Shown piece by piece: positions 12,301 through 25,700 of a stretch of DNA of 64,000 nucleotides (position 1 is the first letter of the stretch; each line of letters begins with the position of its first letter). The stretch spans positions 16,723,432-16,787,431 of the forward strand of contig NC_092679.1 in the NCBI RefSeq assembly GCF_964355755.1. Direction: 5' to 3'. The notes under the pieces are model-generated. The model searched no databases, was not told the origin of the DNA, and saw only the letters and a program-made list of their open reading frames with translations. The stretch is from Antedon mediterranea (Eukaryota; Animalia; Echinodermata). Position numbers and translations under genes: made by a program.

Positions 12301-15300
12301 CCATAATGTTCTCTTGTTGTTTTGCAATTTTTAGTTCCTTGCCGGAGTTCTGCTTAACTCGCCTTACTTTGACAGTCTTGTTTTTATGCATTGTTAATTT
12401 TTCTTTTTTCCAATATTCAGTTTGACCTAATATTTGTTTATTTATTTATACAGTGTATATTTATTTATATATATTTTATACATATATTTTAAATTTTATA
12501 TTAACTAGTATTTTCACTGAACAGATTTCTCTTTTTATATTTTCATTTTTTACTTGATGTACAACCTTAACGCAGATGACGGAACATCGTACCACGACCG
12601 ATTATCAAACATAAACTTCTTCCCCTTGCCCAGCTATTCAGACAACCGTAACATTAACAGGAACCTTGGCAATTCTACATCTAACATTGATCCCGACTCT
12701 AATTTTTTCACCAACAGCAACCACAGTCCCTCTCAATATTATGATCCTAATGAATTTCCTGTTGACTCACTTTCTGATTGCTTCTCCACTATTCATTTCA
12801 ACTCTAGAAGCATCCTCAAGCACATTGATGAAATTAAACAACTCCTATCATCCATTAATCTGCCTTTCGATATTATTGGAGTAAGTGAAACTTGGCTCAA
12901 GTACGATAATCCTTTGGTCCAACTCCCAAATTATAATTTTGTCTCTAACCACAGAACCCATAAAGACGGTGGAGGAGTCGCCATGTATATCCTTGATACT
13001 CTACAATTCTCCATTAGAAGTGACCTACACCCACACCCTTCCAACTGCGAATCCATCTTTATTGAAATTAAACGGCCTCATCACAAAAACATTATAGTGG
13101 GTACTGTATATAGACCCCCCTCCTCTGACCCAAATCAATTCTTAATTGAACTTGACATTGTCCTTTCCAATTTAACAAAAGAAAATAAAAATGTTTATAT
13201 TCTTGGAGACTTTAACATTGACATTCTTAAACATGAATCCGACAATACTGCCCGTCAATTCATTAACACACTGTTTAGCAATCACTATCTTCCACTTATC
13301 GACAGACCATCCAGAATAACAAATTCCACAGCCTCATTATTAGATAATATTATTACAAATCAATTTGATTGTTCTCATATAAGTGGTCTGCTATATAGTG
13401 ATATCTCTGATCATCTCCCTGTTTTTAATATTTCAAACCTCTCTGATAGTTTTGCCACTAGCTCAAACAATGAAGAGATCCCATCTCTCAGACAGATTAA
13501 CAATACGTCTCTTAACAACTTTTACCATGATGTCTCTAATCAAACTTGGTTTGATATCCTTAATTCTAATGATCCTGACTTTGCTTATGACCTCTTTGAT
13601 AACACACTTAAAGCCCTTTATGACCAACACTTCCCGTTACTGAAAAGGAACAATACAAACAAGAACAAAAAAATTAAATCTTGGATGTCAAATGGACTGC
13701 TAAAATCAATAAAGTATAAACATAAACTCTATGCAAAATTTCTTCACCGCCCTTCTCCTGCCAATGAAATCAAATATAAACGATATCGTAATAAACTTAA
13801 CTCCACTATCAAAATTGCCAAAAGAATCCACTTTCATGATATTTTCACCAAGCAAAAAAAATGATATTAAGGCAACCTGGAAATCAATTAACTCTTTATT
13901 GAACCATAAAAACCGAAACCAACACAAAGGCAATACCCCTGTCAACTGTAACGGAGTACCAACTAAAGACCCCGTCATTATTTCTAAAGCATTTAATGAT
14001 TTTTTTGTCGAAATCGGACCCTCTCTTGCTAACAAAATCCCTCCCAGCAATGTTTCTTTCAAAGAATTTCTTCCTCAACCAAATCCGAAATCAATGTTCT
14101 TAACCCCCGTCCTAGAAGAGGATATCATAAGAATTATCTCCTCCTTCGATAACAATAAAGCTCCTGGTACTGATGATTTCCATACTAAAGCCATTAAACA
14201 TGTTATCAACCTTATCTCCCTTCCCTTGTGTCACATTTTTAATCTTGTCCTCTGCAAAGGTGTTTTTCCGAACAGGTTGAAGCTGGCGCGCGTTACCCCT
14301 GTTTACAAATCTGGCCCCAAATCCAACCTTTCTAACTATCGTCCTATCTCCATCCTGTCAATCTTTTCGAAAGCCTTGGAAAGAATTATCTATGATAGAA
14401 CATTTTCATTTATCAGCAAACATAACATCCTCTTCAAGAGACAATATGGCTTTAGAAAAGGACATAACACCTCCATGGCTTTGATCGACCTCACTAACAA
14501 AATTATTCATGCATTCGAAAATCGTCAATTTGGAATCGGACTTTTCATCGACCTTTCCAAGGCTTTCGACACCATTGATCATAATATTCTTCTTTTTAAA
14601 TTGTCTCACTATGGAATCCGAGGACCCGCCTTAAACGTTTTCAAAAGCTATCTCACTAACCGCTCCCAATGTACTAAATATTTTAACTCTATTTCTAATT
14701 TTTGCCCTATCACCTGTGGCGTTCCCCAGGGCTCCTTACTTGGCCCGCTTCTGTTCACCTTTTACATTAATGATATCCACCGAACCTCAAACCTGCTAAA
14801 TTTTTTTCTATATGCTGATGACACCACAGTTTTTCATGCCAACAAAAATATCCAAACTCTTTTTGACACCTTTAATACCAACGTTATCCCCTTGTCCCAG
14901 TACTTTATTGCCAACAAACTCTCCCTCAATCATAATAAATGTAGTTACATCCTATTCGGAACCCCGCAGTTGACTAGAGGTATTGATGTGTCCCCATTTA
15001 AAGTCGTTATTGATAATCAAGAAATCCCCTCTGTTAAGTATAATATTTCTTGGCATTATCATCGACAACTCTCTCTCATGGAAACCCCATATCCAAGAAA
15101 TTGAGAACAAAGTGTCTAAGAACCTTGGGATCATTTCTAGGCTTTCTTCCTTCCTCCCAACTAATATTCTCAGGACCCTTTATTGCACACTCATCCTTCC
15201 TTATTTGAGCTATGGTAACATTGTCTGGGCCAACACTTACCCTTCAAACATCATTAAACTCTCTATCCTACAAAAAAAAGCTATCAGGACTATATCTGGC

Positions 15301-18300
15301 GCTCATCCACTGTCACATTCCTCCCACTTATTCTCCAAACTCAATCTTCTCAAACTCTCGGACATTAACCTATCCCAGCAAGGTGTCTTTGTTTTTTTGG
15401 CCACTCACTCACTTCTCCCTTGCCATCTAAACGACCTTTTCGCTCCTAATAATACCGTTCATAAATATTATACTAGAACAAGAAATAACATATATATCCC
15501 TAACCATAACACCAATTATTTTCAACATAGCATTAGATATTCTGGACCTCTATTGTTTAACAATTTACCCCCCTCAATTTCCTGTGCTGCCAACCGCTAT
15601 TCATTTAATAATAACATAAAAAATTACCTTTTGTCTCATTACTGATCGATATGATTGATATGGTCGTTTTTTCCATGTTCCGTGACTTGCTATCTTTATT
15701 ATTCAATTGTCATCATATTCGCTATATGCCATGCAGCTGTACTTTTTTCTGTTCTTTTTTTATTTTTTATTCCAACTTTTATCTACTGGTTTTATATATA
15801 TTTTGTATTTCTTTATTGTCTAATTAATTTATTTTCTTTATTTATATATTTTTTTTTTTTTCTTCTCTTATTTAAATATTTTGTAAAGGCAATCCCGTCA
15901 CAAGATTGTAATCTTTTTGGGATTTGCCTTCGTCCATTTTCTTGTTTTATCACTTGCCATTTTGTTTTTGTTACTTTTGTCTTTTGGACGTGAATAAATG
16001 TTCCTTGAATTGAATTGAATTGAATTGTGTTGCGTCGCTAGTGGGAACCACGCTTTATGGAGAGTAGACCTATGTATATTACTAATCTATACCATATGTA
16101 TAATTATTGTACAATGTGTTAGTATATAAGTTGTTAGGCCTACTAGTGGTTTATGTGTTTGTATATAAGTTGTTAGGCCTACTAGTGGTTATGTGTTTGT
16201 ATATAAGTTGTTAGGCCTACTAGTGGTTTATGTGTTTGTATATAAGTTGTTAGGCCTACTAGTGGTGTATGTGTTTGTATATAAGTTGTTAGGCCTACTA
16301 GTGGTTTATGTATTTGTATATAAGTTGTTAGGCCTACTAGTGGTTTATGTGTTTGTATATAAGTTGTTAGGCCTACTAGTGGTTTATGTGTTTGTATATA
16401 AGTTGTTAGGCCTACTAGTGGTGTATGTGTTTGTATATAAGTTGTTAGGCCTACTAGTGGTGTATGTGTTTGTATATAAGTTGTTAGGCCTACTAGTGGT
16501 TTATGTGTTTGTATATAAGTTGTTAGGCCTACTAGTGGTTTATGTGTTTGTATATAAGTTGTTAGGCCTACTAGTGGTTTATGTGTTTGTATATAAGTTG
16601 TTAGGCCTACTAGTGGTGTATGTGTTTGTATATAAGTTGTTAGGCCTACTAGTGGTGTATGTGTTTGTATATAAGTTGTTAGGCCTACTAGTGGTTTATG
16701 TGTTTGTATATAAGTTGTTAGGCCTACTAGTGGTTTATGTGTTTGTATATAAGTTGTTAGGCCTACTAGTGGTTTATGTGTTTGTATATAAGTTGTTAGG
16801 CCTCCTAGTGGTGTATGTGTTTGTATATAAGTTGTTAGGCCTACTAGTGGTTTATGTGTTTGTATATAAGTTGTTAGGCCTACTAGTGGTTTATGTGTTT
16901 GTATATAAGTTGTTAGGCCTACTAGTGGTTTATGTGTTTGTATATAAGTTGTTAGGCCTACTAGTGGTTTATGTGTTTGTATATAAATTGTTAGGCCTAC
17001 TAGTGGTTTATGTGTTTGTATATAAGTTGTTAGGCCTACTAGTGGTTTATGTGTTTGTATAAGTTGTTAGGCCTACTAGTGGTTTATGTGTTTGTATATA
17101 CATTGTTAGGCATACTAGTGGTTTATGTGTTTGTATATAAGTTGTTAGGCCTACTGGTGGTTTATGTGTTTGTATATAAGTTGTTAGGCCTACTAGTGGT
17201 TTATGTGTTTGTATATAAGTTGTTAGGCCTACTAGTGGTTTATGTGTTTGTATATAAATTGTTAGGCCTACTAGTGGTTTATGTGTTTGTATATAAGTTG
17301 TTAGGCCTACTAGTGGTTTATGTGTTTGTATAAGTTGTTAGGCCTACTAGTGGTTTATGTGTTTGTATAAGTTGTTAGGCCTACTAGTGGTTTATGTGTT
17401 TGTATATAAGTTGTTAGGCCTACTAGTGGTTTATGTGTTTGTATATAAGTTGTTAGGCCTACTAGTGGGTTATGTGTTTGTATATAAGTTGTTAGGCCTA
17501 CTAGTGGTTTATGTGTTTGTATATAAGTTGTTAGGCCTACTAGTGGTTTACTGAAAATTAAACTAGACTAGGCTAAAATAGAATAAACTAAACTGTGATG
17601 TGCTCAAATATGGTAGTGATGTGATATCATCATGTCCATATATGGGCACATCACATTTTTTTGTCACGTATAAAGTGTGATAGTGTAGACAGAGCTTAAC
17701 TTTCGAATTAAGAGACGTTTAGTACTATAATTTTTCGGAGTTATCATCATGGAACAATTCTCAAGAACAAATGACTAACTTGATTCTAGAATATACTAAA
17801 ACTAATCTAGTGATCCTAAAGTTTACTGATGAATACATGCAATAGCCAAACACTGTAGTAGAATGCACTTTTATATACATATATAAACACATTAGGCATA
17901 GAACAATAATTCTTAACCGCCCGGTGATATACTGAAATTTAATTAATTTGAAATGATAAGATGAGGAAATCTGTGAGAATGAGAAAAAGTCGCCCCAACC
18001 GAGCATTCTCCCAGTTTTCCTCCTCTTAAAATGTCAGTATATCACCGGGCGGTTTAGAATTAATGTTCTATGCCTGATGTGTTTATAATATATATCTATA
18101 TATACTGAAATTTAATTAATTAAGAAAAAGTCGCCCTTGTATATTTTTTTTCTGAACAGTTTCATTGTGTATGTTTTAGGTTTATTGTGCATAGTGATGA
18201 ATCTAATCCTAGCCTCGAGTCTCTTGAAGACTTTGCAGCTGCAGTCAAAACGTTCAATCCTGCAGCTCTTGTTATCGGAGGCCTGCAAATGATGGATAAC

Positions 18301-20025
18301 TACCCATTCAAAGAAGGTATGTAACTCAACAATTAATAGCAAATAACCCATCTATGAGGGGTTAAGCCCTCAGTGCTATGATTTATTTTAGTAGCCAGAC
18401 ATCGTGAACTTCTTTCTTGTATACCGGAAAAAATACACAAGTTATGAATTACATTGTGATGATTAATTATTATTATATAACATTACTTGCCATATTCTTA
18501 CCATATGTGAACTTTTTCTTAAAAAATCTTGGGTATTTTCTTAAAAGTTAAGTCAGAGTTGCTATACAGTATGGTGTTTGTATTTGTGCATAGTAATTTC
18601 TTTCTTCTTTTCGTTACTTGAAAGTTTTTAAAAATAATTGCAATCGATTGGTTGTTGATCTTTATCTCCCTCTGTGTGCAACGCAATTAGGCAGTTATTT
18701 ATTTTAGTTACTTTTCGCTCAAGACAATATTTTTTGTACAGAGAATTTCAGCAGATAATCTATTCTATAGCCAACTAAATTACATGTGGTTGTTTTTGCG
18801 TTATTCACAAGAAATTCCTTAAGTTGTGAGATATGTTCTATGTGCTCTAGGTGCAAATTTTCATGAATAAATTAAAGAATTGTTTTGACTAGATTATCAG
18901 CTGTCGTTTTAGACATTTTAGTCAATAAATACCAGAGGGCAGCCAGCACTCAATAATGGCGTCAAATCAGTAATCAATTATTACAGTAATACTCTCTGAC
19001 GTAATCACTGTCCATTGTCATGACAATTAAAATACATTTCCACAACATTTTTCCAAAAAAAAAAGTTGTAAAAAAATCTCTGGATATTTATAATACAGTA
19101 TTCGTGTCGCCCTCTCTGTTAAATGGTTGGAATTGGGTTAATTATGAAATTACAGAACATACAGTCTGTTCATTTTAATTTTTACAAGGAAAAACGCTTT
19201 TTAGTTTTATTTACAGAAAAAATGGAACACCCTATTTAAGGGACACTTTCTCGTGAAACAAAGAATATTGTTTTTGACACTAAGGCCAGCCCCTATCGCA
19301 TTCAAAATCAACCTATTCATTAATTATTAATATAGCTTTTTCATAAATATTATACAGGTGTGCGGAAAGAACGATTACTGTTGTTACAAAAAATGCTCGC
19401 TGACTCGCCTATGTCTGTACGCAATCATTTTGAGATGGCGTCTTTCACGGACGAAAACCTCATCAGCGATGTCCTTGATCACGTTTTGCCGTTTGTTGAC
19501 TCAATCGGGACCAATGAGCAAGAACTCACTAATTTATATAGTATCCTGAAATACGGAAATGTCACGCTGGTCACTCCATCTTACCCGCGAGTGGCCACCG
19601 TGCTCGACCAAATGCGGGGAATCTACAACATTCTTAGCAATACAAAGGAAATGGAAGGTCAACGTAAATTGACCCGCCTTCACATACATACGCTAGCTTT
19701 CCAGGCAATTTTAACCACGCATAAATCATCATGGAAAAACACAATGGCTGCAGCGGCAAAATCATCGCTAACTGCTTACCGATATGTGTGCGGTACGAAA
19801 GAAATCGATGTCGCAAAATCGCGTATTCTAATGGATGAGGGGTTTTCGGTATCAACAAAGAAAGACAGTAAAAAAGTAATGTTTGAAGCGAACAGACCGG
19901 TGTCATGTTGGGACGAAAACGATTATCAGATTTGCATCGCGCCCGTTTTAGTTTGTACGGAGGTGAGACAGACCGCCGGCGGAGGGGATAATGTATCTGC
20001 CGCAGGTCTTGCTATGCAGATTTAA
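9311..20025 (+). CDS. ADPGK: ADP-dependent glucokinase, 5 coding exons
   Basis: Exons 9311-9648, 10045-10232, 11565-11661, 18180-18316 and 19358-20025 join in frame at GT-AG sites. N-terminal hydrophobic anchor; motifs [27 protein letters not shown]...[41 protein letters not shown] and [13 protein letters not shown]. Confidence 0.95.
10308..10494. mobile_element. hAT-type MITE in ADPGK intron 2
   Basis: CAGTGGCGTAA ... TTACGCCTCTG ends with a near-perfect 8-bp TSD TGTGTACT / TGTGTATT (10300-10307, 10495-10502). Confidence 0.7.
11168..11331. mobile_element. MITE of the AAGCTCTGTCTACACTATCAAAC family
   Basis: Palindromic element of about 160 bp with TA flanks. Other copies at about 17590-17698 (partial), 20265-20340 (partial), 26003-26186, 38037-38183 and 54938-55075. 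Confidence 0.8.
11682..16055. mobile_element. MITE split by the LINE insertion
   Basis: Left part AAGCTTGGTTCCCACTAG... (11682-11839) and right part ...CTAGTGGGAACCACGCTT (16033-16055) form TIRs with TA flanks. Confidence 0.75.
11840..16024 (+). mobile_element. Non-LTR retrotransposon of the CR1/L2 group (APE endonuclease + RT) with two frameshifts
   Basis: Overlapping ORFs 12554-13864 (GVSETW, VYRPP, GDFNID, SDHLP), 13731-15104 (YRPIS, QYGFR, DLSKAFD, GVPQGS, YADD at 14811-14822) and 14983-15645. 3' UTR stem AAGGCAATCCC...GGGATTTGCCTT, AATAAA at 15993, (TTGAA)n tail, TSD TTGTGTTG (11832-11839, 16025-16032). Confidence 0.92.
16123..17550. repeat. 39-bp minisatellite, about 36 copies
   Basis: Near-perfect unit TATATAAGTTGTTAGGCCTACTAGTGGTTTATGTGTTTG. 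Confidence 0.97.
17884..18087. mobile_element. MITE-like element with inverted ends of about 55 bp
   Basis: TAAACACATTAGGCATAGAACAATAATTCTTAACCGCCCGGTGATATACTGA versus TCAGTATATCACCGGGCGGTTTAGAATTAATGTTCTATGCCTGATGTGTTTA. Confidence 0.65.
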
Positions 20026-22730
20026 AATAAACTTATAAAGGTGAAAACTTTTCTATTTTTAAAAACCACCGATTATTTCTTTCATTTTTTATCTAAACCC
20101 ATCCCATCTCTTTTTCCATTATTTGTCTTTCTCGCTTCCCTCTGTTTAATGATTTACCTTACTTTGTAACTATACATAGATAAAAGAGTAGGGTTATATT
20201 TTTAAGGCGAGGTGCCAGCTTACTAGTATCCTGTTAAATGAAAGGTGAAAGTCATATTTGAGTTTGATGTGCCCATATATGGGCATGATGATATCATATC
20301 ATATTTGGGCTCATCAAACTTTTGTTGTCAAACTAGTCTGATTAAGGTCTGACTTAACTTTGATGGTGTACAGTAGTACTGCAACCATTAAAACAAAAAA
20401 TTCGGACTGATTCACACTCGTTTTTATTGTATTGTACATTTTTTGTATTTTTGAAGGTAAGTATAGTTTTGAGAGACTTCATAGTTTTATTCAAGTGCCT
20501 AATCTATATATTTTTTTATTCTGCACTTACAGAAATCTGAATCAAACTTATTTTTAAACACAAATTAGACTTATTAATTAGACAATTAAGGAGAGTGTAA
20601 AACCACCAGCTTGTTTAATGATTACACAGTGTGTTCCTATGGTTAACATCTCTGTGTGTTACGGGGTGTGTTGTGTGATGACGTGTGATGGTTTAACTTG
20701 TTGCAGGGTGTGTTGTGTGATGGTTTAACCTGTTTTTTTAGAAGTGAGAAATCATTAAGTACAAATGTACTGTAATTACTTTCATTGATATTTAGACTAA
20801 TAATTTTATAAGCATTATGAAATACAGTACTGGTGGCTTATGACATTATTGCTAGGTTTATATATAAATTCTATGACATATTGTCATGATTTTATTAAGC
20901 TATGATTTATAACCAATCAGTTCTAAATGTGTTTGTAAGTTGTGGGAAGATATTTCACTAACACAAGTATCCCCACTCTACTGTAGGAACCACATATCGA
21001 AAGCTTTAGCTTTCGTGACTGTAATCGTCAAAATATTGTCGTTTTGTTTCAAAGTTCCATATATGGCACGGCAGAAAACTTATAATTCCTTGCTATAAGT
21101 GATGGAGCATTTTACTCTTTTATTAAGTATTAAGTTAAAGTCGCTTTATTATTCTAACTTAAGATTCATTTAATAATGATATACTGTACTGAACTTTTAG
21201 TTTAGTTATGCTATTTGAGCACTGTATATTTCCCAGTTTGTTATACAGTTCAGATCGATTTGTTTACAAAGTGGGCGGAGCTTGCGCGTTGCATGTTGGG
21301 GCGTTGAAGTTAACGTTTACGTGCTCGTGTGAAAGCTATAATGTTTCTAGTTAGACACCGTACTGTTCGATACAATTAAGTTCTGATTATAAACTTTGGA
21401 CTATTCCAAGTCCTGATAAGTAGTGATGTAATTTGTACTCTCAATTCTGGCATTATTTATGATTTTATTTTGAAAATGATATTTGATTAATGGCATTACG
21501 TTTTTGTGAATTTTCATTGTTTGGTAATGTAAGTTGGTGAGGTCTTAAAATAACAAAATCACAAATATATTTAGTGGTATACATTATAGTTATCACCAGG
21601 TTGGTGAATAATTTATTTTTATAAGAATTGTTTTACGATAGTACAAGTTAATTTAATCCACAGTCCCCATTGAGATCTTATTTTATCTGGTTTTATATCC
21701 TTTGGTGATAAGCGTGATTTTAAACATGATATATGTGCATGCATTTAATACTTATGACATGTTTTTATCACAATAATTATGGCAACGTATTGTGCAATAA
21801 TAAATTTTATATGACATTATTTATGTTTCTTGCACATGAATAGCATGAACCTCCAAAAATAGATTATTGTAAATCGCTCATCTCGCATGGATTTTGGGTT
21901 ACAGATTTTAGTGTAATAAATTTCAGTACAGTAATTCTTAGCGGTTTTATTGTTTAATGTGTTCATCGCCCTTTAAGTGGGGATATAGGTGTTATACATT
22001 AATCTTGGAACAAAAAAGTAATATTTATTATCTGTGCGAACTTTGTAAACCTTTTTCGAAGCCTAACGGAAACTACCGTATTTATCTCGTTAAATACGGA
22101 GGCTTTTGTGATTTTAGCAACGATCCCAAGTGAAAATGAATAATTGAATATAAGGTAAAGATAATCCTGACATATAATTGCTCACAAGTGACTAAACTAA
22201 CTAACCTTATGTAACCAAAATGTGTGACGATATAGAGGGCGCACTATAACTTTTACAGAGTACAGTACTTCAATTCAGAGCCATACACAATAATATCGCA
22301 GGGCCCCTCGAAAGAGCAGTTTTTATTTTATTACTGAGAGGGCTACCCTACTGAAAGTAAACGAAAGTAAAACGTACTTTCTTCCTTATTACGATACGAT
22401 AGTATTTATTGTCATTTATAAAACAAGGTACAACTGAAATTTGGTTGGTTGATTTACATTTGATATAAAGACAATAACATATTAAGTTGCATTCATAATT
22501 ATCAGTGTCTCTCAATCTGATAAACCGTAAATTACCGTGTGCACTTTAAAGAACTGTGTACACAGCCACACGACCTGGAGAGAGAGATGGGCTCCATCAG
22601 GTGTATTTGGCACGCTACACATTGCCAAGCGACCCTACGGCCGGCCACACTCAATCACCACGTGACTAGTGATATGAAAACAGCAGTTAGTGTCTAACAT
22701 AAGGAAGGTAAACGTATTGGTATTAGTTTA

Positions 22731-25700
22731 CTAAAATTTTGATATTTGAAGTTTAGAGAAGGACTTAAAGCATGTAGGGCACGCCCTTTTCTCGTGTAAC
22801 TCCATGCCCTTTGAGCAAATGTGGCAGATGATGTGCTTACAAGGTATATAACCAAAAAACCCTAAACTAACGCGTCGTGTGCATAGGACGCAGGATTCAA
22901 ACTTCGTCTCATCAGCAGTGTCCGAAAATGTTCGGTACTTCTTTACCCATTTTCTTTCTCTTTCATGAAAATTTTCGGAGCTCTGTCTGCGAAAGGTTTT
23001 TTCAAACCCTGATGGCGGCGTCCTCTCGACAAAACCAGTGGGCAATGGTTCGCCGTTGTCAGTCGTTTGACGGTATATCTCTGATAATGACTGTTCGTAT
23101 TCACCCGCCTTTTCTGGATGTTTCAGACGACTTTGGAATTCACGCTGCAGCGCCTGAAGAACACGGAAATTCAAGTCAATGAACCGGATCTCCAGCATAC
23201 GCCCCTTGGCTTGGAGGAACTCCTTTAACGCGTCTGTCATGATTCGTGCATACACATCACAGGGGAAGTAGAATCTTCCTGTAATATACAAAAAAAAACG
23301 TTCACATTATTAGACAACCTCGATTCAAATAAGTATGTCGAGTGCCCGAGCGATTATGACAGAGCACAGCAAACCAAAGCCATAATACCGGCAAAGGTTC
23401 GGCACTCCTCGGCCATAGTGGAGCAGATCAACCACTTTAAACTGGTACGGTGTATACTTACGGACTTGTGTGCACTTAAAAGAACCCAGAAAGAGTAGGG
23501 GGTGTTGTTCATTTTCTCAACAAGTCTACCAGTTGAATTACTTGCGTACAGAAAGCACGAGAGTGGTCCCCTATGTCTCCCAATTGCACAAAAAATAACT
23601 AATTATACAATAGTTATTTCTTTATAGTTTATTTAGTTTGTGAAGTATTTTCCATTTGACTTACCTGTGCCAAGACCAGGGATTGCTACGGAACTCACAT
23701 TCCGCGTGTCTCTAGCTTTCTGAAGAATATTCTTACAGCTCCGTCGCAGTTGTGACTCCAAATACGTCTGATCTTGATCGGCATTCCAATTGGGCATCAC
23801 AATAAAGAACACTTTGTTACATGGCAGAACTCCTTCTGATTCAATCTCAACAATTTGACCAACAGCTGGTAAACCGTAGGCATCCATCCACTCCAGACAC
23901 CTAGCGTGGATAATTGATCCACTGTTTTTATCAATAGTTGATGAAATTGCTCCTCCACAACTGAGTTCAACGTCATTGGAGCTTACGATAACTGCAGCAC
24001 GTTCTTTAGCAATATCTCCTCTTTTAACAGTTATGTGAACACCATTGAAAATGGTATCGTACATGTATGCCTCACTAGAACTACCGGTTGACTGAAAGAA
24101 ATTTCTGCTGAGGAACGCATGGAATCGAGGGTTCAAAGGTCGTAGCGTTGATGTTGGTGATGTTTGCTTACGAGAATGCCTGTCATGCTCCACTGGTACT
24201 GGTGATTTACTCGAATAATCTCTTTCCCTTCCATTAGCTTTGGAGGGGACTTCGCTATTGCGATAACCGTTACTTTTTAGTGAGTCGTCGCTACCATCAA
24301 TGCTGTCACCATATTCGTCGTTAAGTTGATGTTCATTTATTGGTTCTAACCATTTGTCACCAGTACTTGGTGGTGGGAGAGGTTGATCTTGACCAACGTG
24401 ATTTTGCGTCATCGTTTGATCAGCTAGTTGAGTTTGAGGTATGATGGCAGTTTCCACTTTAATAACCTCTTGATAAGAATTTCGTTCGACTTCTCTAGCA
24501 AGAGCTTCTCGCTGTTCCTCTCGTGCAATAGCTTCAATACGTTGTGCCTCCCTCGTCTTTATTTGTTCCAACTCTCGCGCATAGGCTTCCCTCAGCTCTG
24601 CTTCCCTAAGCTCTTCCTTCCGGCGTTCTTCCTCTGCATCTCTTGCTTCTTTTTCTTTTCTCTCAGCTTCCTCTTTTCTCTCCCTTTCTATTTTTAAATT
24701 TGTTTCTCTTTCCATCTCTTTTGATAACATATCCTCTGCCTTTTGTAGTTCTTCTTTAACAGCTTCACTTTGTCCATAAACCCGAAGGACGTTTGAATCT
24801 GATTGTCTGACAACCATCATTGTAACTATGTTCATCAAAGTACTCTCAACCGTTTCTCTGAAATTCTCGCTTACATCGAACTTTCCAAGATCAAAACTGT
24901 GCACTGACATTTCTTTCTCGATCTCGCTAAATAGCAGTTTTAGAAGATCAACCGCGTTGTCGACGTCTGTTTCAGTTCCTGGAACGCTGTCAGACAACGA
25001 TATTTCTACAGCACCGTTGTCCGTGCATTGTATTTTCACATAACATGTTTGTCGAATTTCATCTACCTTCATTGCATGTATGCTCATCGCATATCTTATA
25101 AGGTCTGGTTCAAACTTTACACTACGTGTTACATTGTCTGCTTTGGTATCACACTCCATGTTGTCACTGTCATCCTTGACATCATCTACCGCTACTTGTT
25201 CACCAGATGTCACTGGATTATAGTTCATAACATCTTGAATTTTAGTCTGTGAGCAAACATCATCTGGTAGTGGTGGTGCTGCTGTAGGTGGTGTTCTATT
25301 CTGTATGTGGTCTAACGGCACTTCTTGTCGACCTTCAGACATCGGCTCAATATCCATGTGTTCATCTTGATTGACTACTACGCCACGTTCATCAAACATA
25401 AGCCACTCTATCTTATTTCGAAGTTGAATTAGAATTTCAAAGTTACCGCTAAAATAACATCCAGTGTCTGTCTTTGTTGACTGTAACCCTAAGTTTAACG
25501 CCATCTCATTTATTCGCTCAAAGTAATGGTTTACATCTGGTAGCCATTCCTTTGTGATATTCACCGTAGTTTCACCAAACAATGAACCCTTAAAAATGAA
25601 AACAAGACGTTAGTTATTAATTTTTAATTATAAAAGATTAATAAAGATCTGAAATTCTGAAGATTGTAAAACTACCTTGAATTTATTGCCGTTGTCTTGG

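Noticed and set aside
15655-15993. Phe/Leu-rich 112-aa ORF (similarly 11931-12152)
   Set aside because: T-rich LINE untranslated sequence giving a compositional ORF.
16193-17554. Long hydrophobic ORFs ([13 protein letters not shown])n
   Set aside because: Artefact of a stop-free 39-bp minisatellite inside an intron.
22530-23510. SINE-like cores GTGTGCACTT(T/A)AAAGAAC at about 22537 and 23468
   Set aside because: Reminiscent of a conserved SINE central domain, but boundaries, promoter boxes and TSDs could not be defined.
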